A stretch of DNA of 64,000 nt from an uncultured Veillonellaceae bacterium (GCA_963805085.1 CAWDTA010000002.1:1760001-1824000); one strand, 5' to 3'; counted from the stretch's first letter, positions 42,667 through 53,466 are shown. Program-made: numbers and translations. The notes: generated by a model not told the origin, from the letters alone.

Positions 42667-43761
42667 ATGTTTTATAGAAAAAAATCAAGTGTATTTATAG
42701 TTTTAATGCTCAATGTATTTCTCTTAATTACGATGATTGGTTGTGATTTAAATACACGAGACTCCAAAGTTGAGCCAGATCAAGCATCACAATGGTTAAA
42801 AGGAATCGTCGGTGATTTAAAGCCGCAGAAACGTATCGTGTTAGGCTATTATGAAAATCCTTGGAAAGGAGCCAGCGATGTTACGGGATCTTATCCTAGT
42901 TTACAATCATTTTCTAGTAGTCTTTCAGCTGTTGGACCTTTTTGGTATAAGATAGCGAAGGATGGTTCTATAGAGACAAAGGAAAGTAAGGCGGCCTATG
43001 ATACGATGCAGCAACTTGGTTTAAAAGTTTATCCGTTAGTAACGAATAAAAGTGAAGCAACGGATAGCATTCTTGGTAACGAAAATATTAGGACGATTGC
43101 AACCGATAATATTGTAAAAGTTGTTAAGGATAATGGCTATGATGGAATCAATGTCGATTTTGAATTACTTGATCCAATTCATAGAAAAAATTTAACAGCT
43201 TTTATGGAAGAATTGTATCCTAAATTAAAGGCCATTAACAAAACAGTAATTATATCAGTTTTCCCACAAGTTGAAGTACATGAGTCAGTTTCAGGCGCTT
43301 ATGATTATCCTCAATTGGCAAATTGTACAGACTATATACAGATTATGACTTATGATAAGCATTGGTCAACCTCTGAGCCAGGGGCAATAGCACCAATTGA
43401 CTGGTATGAAAAAAACATCCAATATGCAATTGATAAATGTGGTGGAGCAAATAAGGTACTGGTTGGAGTCGGTGCTTATGGCTACGATTGGGACTCAAAT
43501 AAAAATGGTGAAACAATTACCTATGGTAGTGCCATGGCTTTAGCCGAGAAAAAAGGTGCACAGGTAAAGTATGATGAAACAGTAGAGGCCCCTTATTTTA
43601 AATATGATGATCATGAAGTTTGGTTTGAAAATGCTAGGAGTACAGCAGCTAAACTAAAGGTTATTGCTAAGTATAATCCAGCAGGAATTGCGATTTGGCG
43701 ACTTGGCCAAGAACAACCAGAAATGTGGAAAGAAATAGATCAAATATTCCCTAAAATGTGA
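42667..43761 (+). CDS. GH18 glycoside hydrolase (YaaH/SleL-like), predicted lipoprotein
   Basis: Lipobox-like MIGC; YDGINVDFE; IMTYD; GIAIWRLGQE. Confidence 0.88.
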   Translation: MFYRKKSSVFIVLMLNVFLLITMIGCDLNTRDSKVEPDQASQWLKGIVGDLKPQKRIVLGYYENPWKGASDVTGSYPSLQSFSSSLSAVGPFWYKIAKDGSIETKESKAAYDTMQQLGLKVYPLVTNKSEATDSILGNENIRTIATDNIVKVVKDNGYDGINVDFELLDPIHRKNLTAFMEELYPKLKAINKTVIISVFPQVEVHESVSGAYDYPQLANCTDYIQIMTYDKHWSTSEPGAIAPIDWYEKNIQYAIDKCGGANKVLVGVGAYGYDWDSNKNGETITYGSAMALAEKKGAQVKYDETVEAPYFKYDDHEVWFENARSTAAKLKVIAKYNPAGIAIWRLGQEQPEMWKEIDQIFPKM

Positions 43762-43902
43762 TAATTAAATGCTAAAAAAGTAGTAACTATTATTGAATAA
43801 AAGATTGACGAAGTAAGTAGATATTTGATATACTAAGCAAAGCCCCAAGCATAGGGGCTTTGTTTGTTTTATTTATGACGAAAATTTTATGATAAAAAGG
43901 AG

Positions 43903-45306
43903 GTGCGCTTATTGAGTTCTTTGCAAGAACGCGTTGAAAAGCAAAGAAAAAATCGTAGTAGGCGTATACTCACTATAGTGCTAGTCTTATTTGTATTTAT
44001 GGCTACTGTAGGAGCATCTTATTATTGGTTTGATTCAAAGTTTTTTGGCAATAAACGTAGTGCTGATAGTGGCATGATGGTAGCCCAGGATAAAATGACT
44101 GTTATGATTATGGGGGTAGATAGTCGGGCTGATGATGTCGGTCGTTCCGATACATTAATGGTTGCGACGGTTGATCCCAATAAAAAGGAAGCCGCATTAT
44201 TATCCATACCGCGTGATACTCGAGTAAAGATAGCAGGGCATGGCTATGATAAAATTAATCATGCATATGCGTTTGGTGGGCATAAGTTATCCAAGGATAC
44301 AGTCGAAGGATTAATTGGGGTGCCAATTGATTATTATATTCTCATTGACATCAAAGCGTTTTCAAGAATTATCGATGCAATTGGTGGCATTGATATTGAT
44401 GTTGAAAAACGTATGTATTATGAAGATCCTTATGATGATAGTGAAGGACATCCACTAGTTATTAATCTACGCCCTGGTATGCAGCACATGAATGGTGAAA
44501 CAGCAATTCAATACGTTCGCTATCGTGACGAAGAAGGCGATATTGGTCGTATTTCGCGGCAGCAAAAGTTTATGAAAGCAGTCTTGGACAAACTGGCAAC
44601 GCCGAGTATTATCCCTAAGTTACCAGCGATTATTCAAGAAATTAGTTCGGCAGTTAAAACGGATATGTCAGTTAGTAAAATGATTAGTTTGGCAGGTATT
44701 ATAAAGGATGCCAAAGAAAAAGGTCTAAAGACGACAATGGTGCCTGGTAAGCCGGCTTATATTGATGATATTAGTTATTGGTTACCAGATGTTGTTGCAT
44801 TGCGTAAAGCATTAGCAGAAACGCTTGATGTAAAAATGGATGACAAAGTTGCCAACGCAATGAAACAACAAGCTGTAGAATATGAAACTTCGATTCCGAA
44901 AGAAATGAAGATTTTGGATACACCGAAAGAGATCAAGAAAACTACAGACCAAGCAAAAGATAAGACAAAAGATGAAAAAACTAAGGAAACTAGTAAAGAC
45001 AAACCCGACAATAAGAAAACAGCTAGTAAAGCACCTTCTACCATTAGAGTTGAAGTTGTCAATGCCAGTGGTATCGATGGTGCAGGTGCTGAAGTTGCAG
45101 CTATATTAAAGCGACAAGGCTTTGTTGTAAGTGGCGTGTCGACATTAACGGCTCCATATAAAAATACGGTAGTCATGGCCAATACCTCCAATGAGGCAGT
45201 GGTAGGTAAGTTCAGTGGGTTACCGTTTAGCTATTCCTTACAAGCGAATGACTCTAGTGATGGCAGTCAAGCGACGGTTATCATTGGGAAAGATTACGCT
45301 AAATAA
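43903..45306 (+). CDS. LCP (LytR-CpsA-Psr) family protein with LytR_C domain
   Basis: GRSDT, SIPRDT, KINHAY, GDIGRISRQQ; C-terminal VEVVNASGIDG. Confidence 0.93.
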   Translation: MRLLSSLQERVEKQRKNRSRRILTIVLVLFVFMATVGASYYWFDSKFFGNKRSADSGMMVAQDKMTVMIMGVDSRADDVGRSDTLMVATVDPNKKEAALLSIPRDTRVKIAGHGYDKINHAYAFGGHKLSKDTVEGLIGVPIDYYILIDIKAFSRIIDAIGGIDIDVEKRMYYEDPYDDSEGHPLVINLRPGMQHMNGETAIQYVRYRDEEGDIGRISRQQKFMKAVLDKLATPSIIPKLPAIIQEISSAVKTDMSVSKMISLAGIIKDAKEKGLKTTMVPGKPAYIDDISYWLPDVVALRKALAETLDVKMDDKVANAMKQQAVEYETSIPKEMKILDTPKEIKKTTDQAKDKTKDEKTKETSKDKPDNKKTASKAPSTIRVEVVNASGIDGAGAEVAAILKRQGFVVSGVSTLTAPYKNTVVMANTSNEAVVGKFSGLPFSYSLQANDSSDGSQATVIIGKDYAK

Positions 45307-45433
45307 ATAAAACCCGGGCGTTATACGAAATTTTGTATAGTGCTCGGGTTTTTTATGTATAGGAATACGCTGTAGTAGCATTTTTATTTTTTCAGCATAC
45401 CCTATTATAACTATAGCAAAAGGGGGCGATCAT

Positions 45434-45913
45434 GTGGTTTTAACCTATGGTATGAGTATACTGTTAATATCGTTTGCTATTTTTGGCTTATGGTGTTTTA
45501 GTAAAGAGCTATGGTCTTGGCTGATTGCACCTTATATTGGGACGGTACCAAGCATTAGCTTTATTATTGTAGTCAAAAATATTGAGCAGGATATCGAAGA
45601 GATGCTCAGACACCTTGTGCTAGAAATGGAAATGGCGGATATTGAGTGTGATGTGGTAATTTTAGACTGCAATTCTTGTGATTTGACCTATCCAATTATT
45701 GAGCGTTTGAGTAAAGAATTTGAGCAACTTACTGCGGTACATTCGCAGAAACCAACGATCGCTGTAGAGGATGCATTGCCGTACTGTATAGGAACCATAG
45801 TACATGTCATTGATACGGTAAATCGAATTGATGTAAACCAATTTATTTCTATTATTTGTTGGTTAATGAAGCAGTCAAGTGAAAAGATAGTATTGCCGAA
45901 ATATTATATATAA
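45434..45913 (+). CDS. Hypothetical membrane protein with degenerate GT2-like domain
   Basis: N-terminal TM, SFIIVVKNIEQDIE...VVILDCNSCDLT. Confidence 0.65.
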   Translation: MVLTYGMSILLISFAIFGLWCFSKELWSWLIAPYIGTVPSISFIIVVKNIEQDIEEMLRHLVLEMEMADIECDVVILDCNSCDLTYPIIERLSKEFEQLTAVHSQKPTIAVEDALPYCIGTIVHVIDTVNRIDVNQFISIICWLMKQSSEKIVLPKYYI

Positions 45914-45927
45914 GTAGTGTCAGGTAT

Positions 45928-46449
45928 TTATGAGATGTTTACGATATTGCTCAGTAACAAATATTTTGTAAGACTTTCTAAAGCAATGTTTTGTTTATGC
46001 ATAGCAAGAAAAGTCAAATGGGCTCGTTGAATATGTTCTTGGATGGTTGTTATTTTCCAAAGAGAGTGAATGTCGTGATTACCAATCAGTCTGATACAGG
46101 TAGTATTTGATAATTTTTGCACAGTAACGATATGGTGAAAATTAATGTAGCCGCTCGTTACGTCTCCACTGATTTTTGGCTTTCTAATTTTTATCGGTAC
46201 TAGTACCAGATCAGGGGCCAGTACTAGGGGGTGCCAAAGTGTGCAATTCGTAATTTTGGCAGTTTTGCTTTTTAGACTACATAAATCAATTGTTTGTCGA
46301 TTGGCTAGGCGGCGAATGACGGTGGCGACCTTTAAATTGAGCGGAACCTCAGTGCCGTCGGTTAAGAAAAGTAGTGTTCGATCACCGGCGCCTGTGTATT
46401 CTGGTAGGATTGCGGCAATTTTACTGTTATCAGGTAGTGTGTAATGCAA
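45928..46449 (-). CDS. ComK-like protein
   Basis: AAILPEY-GD-T..., HPLVLAPDLVLVPIKIR...GYINFHHI pattern resembles the ComK/LytTR-like fold family; GGAGG RBS + TTG. Confidence 0.6.
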   Translation of the reverse strand: MHYTLPDNSKIAAILPEYTGAGDRTLLFLTDGTEVPLNLKVATVIRRLANRQTIDLCSLKSKTAKITNCTLWHPLVLAPDLVLVPIKIRKPKISGDVTSGYINFHHIVTVQKLSNTTCIRLIGNHDIHSLWKITTIQEHIQRAHLTFLAMHKQNIALESLTKYLLLSNIVNIS

Positions 46450-46471
46450 GGGAAAGACCTCCTTTTAATTT

Positions 46472-46485
46472 AGAACATATGTTCT
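46472..46485. promoter_or_regulatory. Firmicute LexA (SOS/Cheo) box
   Basis: AGAACATATGTTCT, a perfect GAAC-N4-GTTC palindrome between the -10 (46493-46498, minus) and RBS of the ComK-like gene. Confidence 0.8.
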
Positions 46486-46614
46486 TTAATGTATTATAAA
46501 TATAACAAATTTTTTCAAATTAGGCAAGAGTAAGTATAATTTGAAATCAATGATGGAAGAGAATTATTGTTAATTTTAAAATTGCTGGGGTTCTGGTATA
46601 ATTACAAGAGGTTG

Positions 46615-46801
46615 AAGTAGATGAGTTGCAACAAAAACCAGCAAGTCGGCAAGAGACGAATCTAAGGGCTAGTGCTGATTCAAAGATCGCAATGAAGGCT
46701 AAACTCCCTGCAGTTTGGCAAAAAGCCTTCAAAGCTACATGCTAGTAAGATTCGTCTGCGATGCCTTGATTGAACGCTTTTTTTATGCAAATCATCTGCT
46801 T
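46615..46801 (+). repeat. Repeat family B copy 3
   Basis: IR aagtagatgagttgca/tgcaaatcatctgctt; internal match to 35216-35399. Confidence 0.85.
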
Positions 46802-46898
46802 GTGTATGTAGACGAAGTGAATATTAGATTTGAATTCATTATTTTTATTACAGGACAAGCAGTTAAATTAATATAGAAGTAAAAATTTTTGGGGTGAA

Positions 46899-48806
46899 TT
46901 GATGGGAATTTTACGAGTTCATAATTTGAGCAAATCCTTTGGAATAGAAGAACTATTTCATGAGGTTAGTTTTGATGTCGCAGCTGGAGATAAGGTTGGG
47001 TTTGTTGGGGCGAATGGAACGGGGAAAAGTACCTTGATGCGTTGTTTGATGGGATTGGAAGAAACGGATCGAGGACAAGTTAATCTAGCCGTAACAGATA
47101 CAGTTGGTTATGTAGAACAGGAGGCAATACTGGGCGATTGGACGTTATATGAGGAACTTAGCAATGCTTTTGTTGATGTGCTAAACTGGCAAGCTGAGAT
47201 GAAAGAATTAGAGCAAAAAATCGCAGCAGAAAGCGAGCAGGCGATTGTTGAAGATTTAATGAAAGCTTATGCCAGTACTGTTGATAAGTTTGAACGGGCT
47301 GGGGGTTATGATTACGAAAGTACAATCAAACGGGTTGCTTTTGGTCTTGGATTCCGTGATATAGATTTTGAGAAACATGTGAGTGATTTTTCTGGTGGAC
47401 AAAAAACGCGAATATGTCTGGCAAAAGCATTGATTCGGCAGCCAGATTTCTTGTTTTTAGACGAGCCTACAAACCATTTAGATATTGAGATGGTTGAATG
47501 GCTGGAAGATTTTTTAATTGGTTACTCCGGCGGTGTGCTGCTTATTTCCCATGACCGATTTTTCCTTGATCGTGTTGCAAATCGTATCATTGAATTAGAA
47601 AATAAGACGGTGATTGCTTATAGTGGCAATTATAGTCGTTTTGCGCGGATCAAAGCGGATCGGCTTGCGGCTTTGGAAAGTGCATACCAAAAACAACAAG
47701 TGCATATTCATGAAACTGAAGAATATATTCGTAAATACAAAGCTGGGATCAAATCAAAACAGGCGCGTGGACGTGAGAAGCAGTTGAATCGTTTGGAACG
47801 CATAATCTTGCCACCCAATAGTGTTGGCTTTAATTATTTTTCTTTTAATCCACCAAGTGAATGTGCCGAGCGTGTGGCTGAACTCGAAGAGGTTGCGGTT
47901 TCTTATAGTGACCATAACATTTTTAGCAATGTGTCTTTGCTTGTTCGAAATGGTGATGGTGTTGCGCTGGTTGGTCCGAATGGGGCAGGAAAGACGACTT
48001 TATTAAAACTGTTGATTGGTGAGCTCGAAGCAAAATCAGGTAAAACGAAAATAGGTAGTCGAGTAAAAATAGGCTATTTCTCACAACAACATGAAGGCTT
48101 AAATTTAGAGAATCGTTTGATGGATGAACTAATCTATGAATATGGTCTTACGGAAGAACAATCTCGTCATTATCTAGGGGCATTCTTATTCCAAGGCGAT
48201 GATGTGTATAAAATCATCGGGGAATTGAGTGGTGGAGAGAAGTCTCGTCTCGCTTTTTTAAAGCTACTACTTACAGGCGCGAACTTTCTTGTGCTTGATG
48301 AACCGACGAATCATTTAGACATCCCAGCGAAAGAAGCTGTTGAAGAAGCGTTGATGGCTTTTCCGGGAACGTTTATTACGGTATCGCATGATCGTTATTT
48401 CCTTGATAAAGTAACCAACTTTACTTGTGAATTGGCAAATGGAACATTAACCGAATACAACGGCAATTACAGTTATTATCATGATAAAAAAATTGCAATG
48501 GCAAAAGAAATGGCTGAGCTTGATAAACTGAAACCAAAAGTTGCAGTAGCTAACGTGCAAGTACCCAAAAAGGCGAAAACACGTGAAACCAAACCACAGG
48601 ATCGGGCAAAAATGGCACAAAAATATGAAGGTGAAATCGCTATGCTTGAAATGGAACTCAAAGGGATCGAATTTCAACTAAATAACCCAGAAAGCCATGC
48701 CGATATGAATGCGAGTCAAGCATTAGCGAGTGAATATGATCGGGTATCAAAAGAGCTTGCAGAAAAATATGATCTTTGGGCTGAGTGCATCGAAGATAGC
48801 GAATAA
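46899..48806 (+). CDS. ABC-F family ATPase (Uup/YdiF-like)
   Basis: Two ABC domains (GANGTGKS, FSGGQ, GPNGAGKT, LSGGE, LDEPTNHLD), no TM. Confidence 0.95.
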   Translation: MMGILRVHNLSKSFGIEELFHEVSFDVAAGDKVGFVGANGTGKSTLMRCLMGLEETDRGQVNLAVTDTVGYVEQEAILGDWTLYEELSNAFVDVLNWQAEMKELEQKIAAESEQAIVEDLMKAYASTVDKFERAGGYDYESTIKRVAFGLGFRDIDFEKHVSDFSGGQKTRICLAKALIRQPDFLFLDEPTNHLDIEMVEWLEDFLIGYSGGVLLISHDRFFLDRVANRIIELENKTVIAYSGNYSRFARIKADRLAALESAYQKQQVHIHETEEYIRKYKAGIKSKQARGREKQLNRLERIILPPNSVGFNYFSFNPPSECAERVAELEEVAVSYSDHNIFSNVSLLVRNGDGVALVGPNGAGKTTLLKLLIGELEAKSGKTKIGSRVKIGYFSQQHEGLNLENRLMDELIYEYGLTEEQSRHYLGAFLFQGDDVYKIIGELSGGEKSRLAFLKLLLTGANFLVLDEPTNHLDIPAKEAVEEALMAFPGTFITVSHDRYFLDKVTNFTCELANGTLTEYNGNYSYYHDKKIAMAKEMAELDKLKPKVAVANVQVPKKAKTRETKPQDRAKMAQKYEGEIAMLEMELKGIEFQLNNPESHADMNASQALASEYDRVSKELAEKYDLWAECIEDSE

Positions 48807-48952
48807 CTCCATATAAAATAATAAGGATAAAAGCCGACTGGCGCATTGAGTTGCGCTAAGTCGGCTTTTGTTATTACTACGCTTAAATTTTATAGTATAA
48901 CCAAGCGCTAATATAAAAGAGAAGCCGGTTTCTCACCAAAAGGTGAGAAGAA

Positions 48953-49522
48953 ATGGAATTAGAACAATTTGTTATCAAAGCTCAAAAAGGTGACGAGGCA
49001 GCTTTTGCCGAGGTTTGCAAACAGTTCACAGGTCTCGTAAAAAAATCAGCCTATCAAGCACATATAAGGCCAATTTATGAAGAAGCACTTTCGGTAGGGT
49101 ATTTGGCACTCGTGGAAGCAATCAAAACCTTTGATTGTAGTTTAGAAATTAAGTTTGCTGGTTACGCCCAAAGTAAAATTAAATTTGCCATGTGGAATTT
49201 ATTTAAACGGGAACGAAATCGCTGGCAAAATGAATTTACAGTGGAAGTACAGCAAGGTGAAGATAGTACATTAATAGAGAATTTGGCGAGTGATATTAAT
49301 ATTGAAAAGCAGATAGAACTGAAAATTTTAAGCAGCGATTTACTTCATAGTATGGAAAAGTTACCAGTAAAACAGAGACAGGCGATCTTACTTACGATTG
49401 TTTCGGGGAAAAGCTTAACCGAAACTGCGAGCTTGCTGGGGGTAACACCACAAGCAATTTATAATCTAAAGAATCGTGGGATTAGGCAGTTGCAACAAAA
49501 AGCCTTCAAAGCTATATACTAG
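48953..49522 (+). CDS. Alternative sigma-70 family factor (regions 2 and 4)
   Basis: AQKGDEAAF, GYLALVEAIKTFD...KFAGYA, LPVKQRQAI...SLTETASLLGVTPQAIYNLKNRG. Confidence 0.88.
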   Translation: MELEQFVIKAQKGDEAAFAEVCKQFTGLVKKSAYQAHIRPIYEEALSVGYLALVEAIKTFDCSLEIKFAGYAQSKIKFAMWNLFKRERNRWQNEFTVEVQQGEDSTLIENLASDINIEKQIELKILSSDLLHSMEKLPVKQRQAILLTIVSGKSLTETASLLGVTPQAIYNLKNRGIRQLQQKAFKAIY

Positions 49523-49573
49523 TAAGATTCGTCTATATTGCCTTTGTTAAAAATTTTTCTTTTGCAATTCATC
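49488..49573 (+). repeat. Repeat family B copy 4 (internally deleted), overlapping sigma-factor 3' end
   Basis: agttgcaacaaaa|agccttcaaagcta...taagattcgtctatattgcc. Confidence 0.8.
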
Positions 49574-49618
49574 AAAGAGTAGAGGCTAATATAATAGGAA
49601 TATTTCAAAAAAATATTT

Positions 49619-49858
49619 CAGACTGTCGACAAAATAAAAATATTTATATTTATAGGTAGAAATATAAATATTTCGTACCACTTATAAACTAGTACGAAGA
49701 TAGGTTGCCGGTTGGTGAGAAGTGCTCAGATGCTAGGCACAGCAAGGCGGTGCGAAGGAGTCGTACTTTCGTACGTCGACGAGCAGCACCTTGTTGCAAC
49801 GACGCAGATGGGGGCTTATCGCCTGCCTGCAGCCTATCTGTCCATAGTATGTCTATTA
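49619..49858 (+). mobile_element. Repeat family A full copy
   Basis: cagactgtcgacaaa...ctagtacgaagatagg...gagtcgtactttcgtacgtcgac...ccatagtatgtcta. Confidence 0.85.
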
Positions 49859-49921
49859 AAAAAATATATTTATTTTGCAAGGATTTATAGAAAGAAAATG
49901 GAATACTAATAGGTACAGAAC

Positions 49922-52114
49922 ATGAGTGCGGAGGATTTATTTGTGGAAGCAGGAGTAGAAAAGGTAGAAGGCATTGTTGAGACCGTTATTTTTGAGAATA
50001 GTGAAGGTAGTTTTACCGTGTTTAAGATTCGACCAGCGAAGGAAAGAGGCTTAATCAATGTAACGGTAAATGCGCCAGCACCTTTGGTCGGTGAACAGGT
50101 GGAACTTGAGGGAGAGTGGATAACCCATGCAAAGTTTGGTGACCAATTCAAGGCGCAGTTGATGAAGCATGTGGCGCCGACCAGTCTGAGTGGGATTGAA
50201 CGTTTTTTAGCTTCTGGGGTTATCAAAGGGATTGGTGCGGCAATGGCAAAACGTTTGGTAGATAAATTTGGCTTAGAAACGCTGGAAGTAATCGAAAATA
50301 GCCCAGGGCGATTGCAAGAAATCAGTGGGATTGGTAAGAAAAAAGCGGCTGATATTCATGAAGCGTATAGTGTGCAATCAGAGCTTAGAGAAGTTATGCT
50401 ATTTTTAGAAACGCATGGAGTATCAAGTGCTTATGCAGGAAAAATTTTTGCAAAATACAGCTCATTTTCTATTGATGTAATCACAAAAGATCCCTACCGA
50501 CTGGCGCGTGAAGTAGATGGTATTGGGTTCCGTACTGCTGACCAAATCGCTGCGTCCATCGGTGTTGAAAAATTTTCTGAGGGGCGTATCAGTGCTGGAA
50601 TTGATTTTGCATTACTGCAAATAGCAAATGCTGGACATTGCTGTGTGCCAGAACAAATTTTGATTGAACAAACAGCAAAACTTATTTTAGTTAACCACAA
50701 TGAAGTTGCTATAAATTTAAAAAATTTGCTAAAAGAAGACCAACTTTGTACTGAGGAGATCTCGGGAACAACGCTCATCTATCCTCGTCACTTATATCAT
50801 GCAGAAAAAAATGTTGCCAAACGTTTATTATATTTAAAAGATAAAGCCCAGCAAATTGCTAGTGAAGATGCCATGGAGCAAGTTCATGATTGGGAGGAAA
50901 TAGCGGGCATTATCCTCGCAGATCAGCAACGACAGGCCGTTATTTCTGCCTTAGAACATGGAGTTCTGGTGTTAACTGGTGGACCGGGGACAGGAAAGAC
51001 TACGGTTGTAAAAGGCATGATTGCGGTACTAGAAGAGCAAGGACTACAAATATTACTTGGTGCGCCGACCGGGCGGGCAGCAAAGCGGCTGAGTGAAGCA
51101 ACCGGAAGAAAAGCGGTTACAGTGCATCGGTTGTTAGAATCAACGGGTGGCGATAGTGGTTTGCAGGTGTTTGCACGCGATTCTGATGAACCACTTGAAG
51201 CCGATGTGGTGATTCTTGATGAAGTTTCGATGATGGACATTTCTTTGATGGATCATTTCTTGGAAGCGATCGCCAAAGGCTGCCGCGTTATCTTGGTAGG
51301 TGACGTAGATCAATTGCCTGCGGTAGGTCCAGGGGCAGTACTGAAAGATATTTTGCGATCTGATACTGTGCCAGTGGTGCGGTTAACAGAGGTATTTCGT
51401 CAGGCTGGCGAAAGTATGATTGTGATGAATGCCCATGCGATTAATCGTGGTTTATTGCCTGATTATAAGACCAGCGAAGAATTTCAATTTCGCGAAATCA
51501 ATGATAGCAATGAGGTTGCGCTTGCAATCGTACTGCTTTGCACCAGTGAACTTCAGGGAATGGGCTTTGATATTCGACGCGATGTACAAGTCCTAGCCCC
51601 GATGCATCGCCTTGATTGTGGTGTGGAAAATCTAAATAAATTATTGCAAAATGCCTTAAATCCAGAATCAGAAAATAAGCCTACGATTAGTAATCGCAAC
51701 GAAACCTTTCGATTGGGTGATAAGGTCATGCAAATGCGTAATAATTATACGAAAAATGTATTTAATGGCGATATTGGTTTTATTGTCGAAATTGATGCTG
51801 AAAAAACTAAAGTTCGCTATCCAGATAACGATGCGATTTACGAAAAAAATGAACTTGCTGAACTGCACCTTGCCTATGCAATGAGCGTGCATAAAAGCCA
51901 AGGTAGTGAATATCCAATCGTTATTATGCCACTGATTCCTGGACATCATATTATGCTGCAACGGAATCTTCTATACACTGCTGTAACGCGTGCCAAAACA
52001 AGGGTGATTCTTGTAGGAACGAAATCGGCACTCAATACTGCGGTTATGAATGACCGTACGAAAAAACGCTATTCACTACTCGCCGAGCGACTGCGGCAAG
52101 AAATAGGTTGTTAA
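49922..52114 (+). CDS. recD2: ATP-dependent RecD-like helicase
   Basis: N-terminal OB and HhH, GGPGTGKT, APTGRAA, DEVSM, GDVDQL, HKSQGSEY, YTAVTRA. Confidence 0.95.
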   Translation: MSAEDLFVEAGVEKVEGIVETVIFENSEGSFTVFKIRPAKERGLINVTVNAPAPLVGEQVELEGEWITHAKFGDQFKAQLMKHVAPTSLSGIERFLASGVIKGIGAAMAKRLVDKFGLETLEVIENSPGRLQEISGIGKKKAADIHEAYSVQSELREVMLFLETHGVSSAYAGKIFAKYSSFSIDVITKDPYRLAREVDGIGFRTADQIAASIGVEKFSEGRISAGIDFALLQIANAGHCCVPEQILIEQTAKLILVNHNEVAINLKNLLKEDQLCTEEISGTTLIYPRHLYHAEKNVAKRLLYLKDKAQQIASEDAMEQVHDWEEIAGIILADQQRQAVISALEHGVLVLTGGPGTGKTTVVKGMIAVLEEQGLQILLGAPTGRAAKRLSEATGRKAVTVHRLLESTGGDSGLQVFARDSDEPLEADVVILDEVSMMDISLMDHFLEAIAKGCRVILVGDVDQLPAVGPGAVLKDILRSDTVPVVRLTEVFRQAGESMIVMNAHAINRGLLPDYKTSEEFQFREINDSNEVALAIVLLCTSELQGMGFDIRRDVQVLAPMHRLDCGVENLNKLLQNALNPESENKPTISNRNETFRLGDKVMQMRNNYTKNVFNGDIGFIVEIDAEKTKVRYPDNDAIYEKNELAELHLAYAMSVHKSQGSEYPIVIMPLIPGHHIMLQRNLLYTAVTRAKTRVILVGTKSALNTAVMNDRTKKRYSLLAERLRQEIGC

Positions 52115-52118
52115 GCTG

Positions 52119-52775
52119 ATGTTGAAGAAAATCTATCAGGCAATTTTAGATACGATGTTTCCACCGAAGTGTCCAATTTGTCATGCATATGTGGAGGGGC
52201 GGGGTCAATGGTGCCCAATATGTTTGGGGAAAGTTGTAACAAAACATTACGCTCCGCTAGACAGCGAACATGTAAAATTTCTCAATCAGTGCATCGTATT
52301 ATGTCATTACCGTCAAGGAATCAAACAGTTAATCCATTCAATTAAGTATTATAAAAAATTGCAGTACATTCCCCCCATTGTTTGGCTATTAAATCGTGAA
52401 GTTTCACTGGCAAGTTTACCAGCTATAGCTGTTGTTGTTCCTGTTCCTCTCCATGTAGATAGATTGAAGGAACGTGGTTTTAATCAAAACGAAAAAATCT
52501 TTCACCCTTGGGCGATTCAGCAAGGCCTAGAATGGCAAAATCTATTACTGCGAACAAAAGCTACTGTTAAACAACACAATTTAACGATTGCTGAGCGTAA
52601 GCAAAATATCAAAGGTGCATTTACCATCATAGAGCAATGTGATCTAAAAGGGAAAAATGTGCTACTCGTCGATGATATTTTTACGACTGGGGCGACGATG
52701 AACGAATGTGCAAAAATACTAAAACATGCCGGAGCGCTTCGGGTGATAGGCTTGGCCATTGCCAGTGATGCCTAA
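52119..52775 (+). CDS. comF: ComF family protein (zinc ribbon + PRTase)
   Basis: CPIC...CPIC, RGFNQ, LLVDDIFTTGAT. Confidence 0.92.
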   Translation: MLKKIYQAILDTMFPPKCPICHAYVEGRGQWCPICLGKVVTKHYAPLDSEHVKFLNQCIVLCHYRQGIKQLIHSIKYYKKLQYIPPIVWLLNREVSLASLPAIAVVVPVPLHVDRLKERGFNQNEKIFHPWAIQQGLEWQNLLLRTKATVKQHNLTIAERKQNIKGAFTIIEQCDLKGKNVLLVDDIFTTGATMNECAKILKHAGALRVIGLAIASDA

Positions 52776-52873
52776 TAGATGGAAAAAAATTTTAAAATAG
52801 TACTTTTAAAAAATCGCTGCTGCAATTATAATATAATGTAAATAGGTAGTTGCGTGAGAAGGATGTGTGTAAT

Positions 52874-53290
52874 ATGAATGTAGGAAATTGTCCTGAGTGT
52901 GGAAGATTATATATGAAAACAGCATTAGGTATGTGTAATGACTGTTATAGATTAGAAGAAGACAACGAAAGAATTGTTGCAGAATATGTGCGCGACAATC
53001 CTAAATGCTCGGTTGAAGCCATTCATAAGGCAACTGGTATCAAAGAGAAAACAATTTTTCGTATGATTAAAAACGGACGGTTTATGGATGCTGGGGAAGT
53101 TTCATATCCCTGCGAAAGCTGTGGGAAACTGATACATGAGGGGCGTTTATGCGATAAGTGTAATGCAAATTTTATCAATCAAGTCAAAGAATCTGATGCT
53201 ACGCGTGCAGAAAAAGAAAAAGCAAAAGCAAAAGAGGCGGAAGATCGACGTCGTGGTCGAGGTATGTATACGAAAGATATGATAAGGTAA
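52874..53290 (+). CDS. YvyF-like flagellar operon zinc-finger protein
   Basis: CPECG...C..C and CESCG...LCDKC; comF-yvyF-flgM synteny. Confidence 0.85.
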   Translation: MNVGNCPECGRLYMKTALGMCNDCYRLEEDNERIVAEYVRDNPKCSVEAIHKATGIKEKTIFRMIKNGRFMDAGEVSYPCESCGKLIHEGRLCDKCNANFINQVKESDATRAEKEKAKAKEAEDRRRGRGMYTKDMIR

Positions 53291-53466
53291 ATTAAATAAA
53301 ATCATGTACTGAAACTTTAAAAGACGTATGTTAGAGATAATGAAAGAAAATAAGACTATTTGAAAGCAATATAACGAAAATGGGGAAAAAGCAAGGATTA
53401 ATATCCTTGCTTTTTTTTTCGATACTATATTTGAATAAGAAAATCCCAAGAGGCGGGTGTAAGCGT

